Shown in pieces: positions 61,925-64,000 of a stretch of DNA of 64,000 bases. A program made the position numbers and the translations under genes. The stretch is from Eledone cirrhosa. Its lineage: Eukaryota. The notes below the pieces were generated by a model. It was not told the origin of the DNA, ran no database searches, and saw only the letters and a list, made by a program, of their open reading frames with translations. The stretch lies in contig OZ024741.1 of NCBI GenBank assembly GCA_964016885.1, positions 138,136,001 to 138,200,000 of the forward strand. The letters are read 5' to 3'. Positions within the stretch are counted from its first letter, which is position 1; every line of letters starts with the position of its first letter.

Positions 61925-62347
61925 TACAATATGTTATAACGTATGTGTGCTTCTTTGTGCATATATATATTAAAAATAACCGTTGATTATTTATCTTTTC
62001 CGAGAGCTCCTAGTCCCAGTTGTATCGAGATATTTTATTTATATACGCAAAATAAAATATGGATGTGTCAGTTTATAGAATTATAATAATTGGAATATAC
62101 AGTGGTATATTCATCAACGGCTATGCAATATGGATTACAATATGTTATAACGTATTGTAATCCATATTACATAGCCGTTGATGAATATACCACTGTATAT
62201 TCCAATTATTATAATTCTATAAACTGACACATCCATATTTTATTTTGCATATATAAATAAAATATCTCGATACAACTGGGACTAGGAGCTCTCGGAAAAG
62301 ATAAATAATCAACGGTTATTTTTAATATATATATGCACAAAGAAGCA
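61925..62347. repeat. ~400-bp palindrome with a short direct repeat
   Basis: Centre GTTA|TAAC at 62147/8; TACAATATGTTATAACGTAT also at 61925. Confidence 0.85.
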
Positions 62348-63068
62348 GACACACACACACATATACACGCACACACACATGTATTATCAAAAAGCATAGA
62401 TAGTGGAATGGATGGATATGCGTGTCACTTCTTAAGATAATAAATTTTCTTCCAGCAATTCTTCCTCTTATTCCTGTAGTTGGTGTTCTATTTCATCTCT
62501 AAAAAGAGAAAAATTAAAATAAACTCTTCGAAACCACATCTTCGTCGGATTGGTAATATATTTGGACTATAAATTTTAATCTATATTTAATTTTTGGCTA
62601 AATTAAGATATAGAAAACAAAAAGATTAAAGATAGTTGCCAAATTCAGAAAAAATAAGTCAGTGTAATAAAGGATTTCTATATATAATTTCCTAAGCTAG
62701 TTTCCTATTTACCTAAATTCTATTGCAATATCAGATAATTTAGAAAAGGCTGTTAGCCAACTTAATTTAAAATTGCGTGTGAAAGCAATGCGTCTATCAA
62801 TTAATTTGGCTGAGATATGAAACCTGAATATATAACACAATATAGTAAGTATATATATCACTCGATATAGTAAATATATGCGAATGTGTCAGAATATTTG
62901 TTAACATATATAGCAATACCTGGATATTGCTGATAACAGATAAGAGATATGAAAATTAATATAAAAATGACCTTTGATATTAATACACTGTGCATATTTT
63001 CATGATGAATATCACACACACGCGAATATATATACACATATACATATTCATATATGGAGAGAGCAAGT

Positions 63069-63146
<78 letters not shown>

Positions 63147-63679
63147 AGAGCCAGAGAAAGAGAGGGAGTGATATATATATATATACAAATATATAGTGAT
63201 ATAGAGAGAGCGAGATAGAGAGGGAGATAGAGTGAGATTGTGAGAGAGATAGGGGTGGTCATAGTAGCAGAACCAAAGCTGAATAATTTGAAATCTCACG
63301 TTTTCATGGAAACGGTGCTGTATGGATGGGAAAGAGAGAAAGAGGGAGGAGGGGGAGAGAGGAATGAGAGAGAGCGTGAGTGAGTGAAAGAGAGAGAGAG
63401 AGGGGGGATAATGCTGGTGATGATGCTGAATATTCGTTTTATTCCATGTTTATCCTTATATTATATTCGAATATAATATTTTAAGTTTATACGATTTATT
63501 TGATGGTGTTTTATTTATGGAATGAAGTACTGAATATCTAATGCGTGTCCGTCTGTATAACTTCGAAGTAAACTATGGAATTTCAGTTGCGTCTTTTAAT
63601 ATACTTTAGTTTCGATACTAAAAGAGCTCACACAAACACACACATTCAAATACACTCTCCTCATTATCTCTGACCCCAA

Positions 63680-63930
63680 CCATGCCTTCCGTCTCTTCGA
63701 TTCATTTGTCTTCGCACCCGGCCCACTTCCTCCCCTTTTCAAATCACTCTACCCTAATTTCACACACCAAAAGCTTCTATGCCTCCAACTCTTTCTCGAG
63801 ATCCACCTCTCTCCCAGCACTCTACTTACACACTCTCCGCCATTTATTCCCATTAGGGTCGTGGGAACAATATCTTCAAATCCCCCTTCCAGCGGCTCCT
63901 CTCAGAAGCAACCCTCTCCAACTGATCTGA
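63680..63930 (+). mobile_element. Possible LINE ORF2 3'-end remnant
   Basis: Weak likeness to the HP...T..Y..SF..R...LP...FP C-terminal pattern of CR1/Jockey-group LINEs. Confidence 0.25.
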
Positions 63931-64000
63931 CTGGATCCACAAGCGAGACCAGGTGAGCTCCTGGATTTTATATAACCATCTTGCGCGGGGCTCTACCAAT

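Overview
AT-rich, microsatellite-dense eukaryotic non-coding DNA. The tRNA-derived SINE families and extreme (TA)n load suggest a cephalopod (octopus-like) genome, which is an inference. I see no intact host protein-coding gene, and nearly all ORF-track entries are microsatellite read-throughs. Recognisable content: more than a dozen tRNA-SINE copies, decayed Tx1/L1-like, RTE-like and CRE/RLE-type LINE fragments, a non-autonomous Helitron, a Penelope-type GIY-YIG endonuclease remnant and a 56-bp minisatellite. The main signal is a dense set of (TA)n-flanked tandem and fold-back repeats from at least 7 unrelated sequence families. They carry type I hammerhead ribozyme (HHR) motifs, about 24 with apparently intact cores by manual folding. 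These include a 310-bp array arranged as a ~2.8-kb palindrome (7 HHRs), a ~470-bp array (8 units), and variants with compensatory changes (U3-A8 core swap, covarying stems). This fits Penelope-like pLTRs or non-LTR retrozymes. All RNA structures were folded by eye and are untested.
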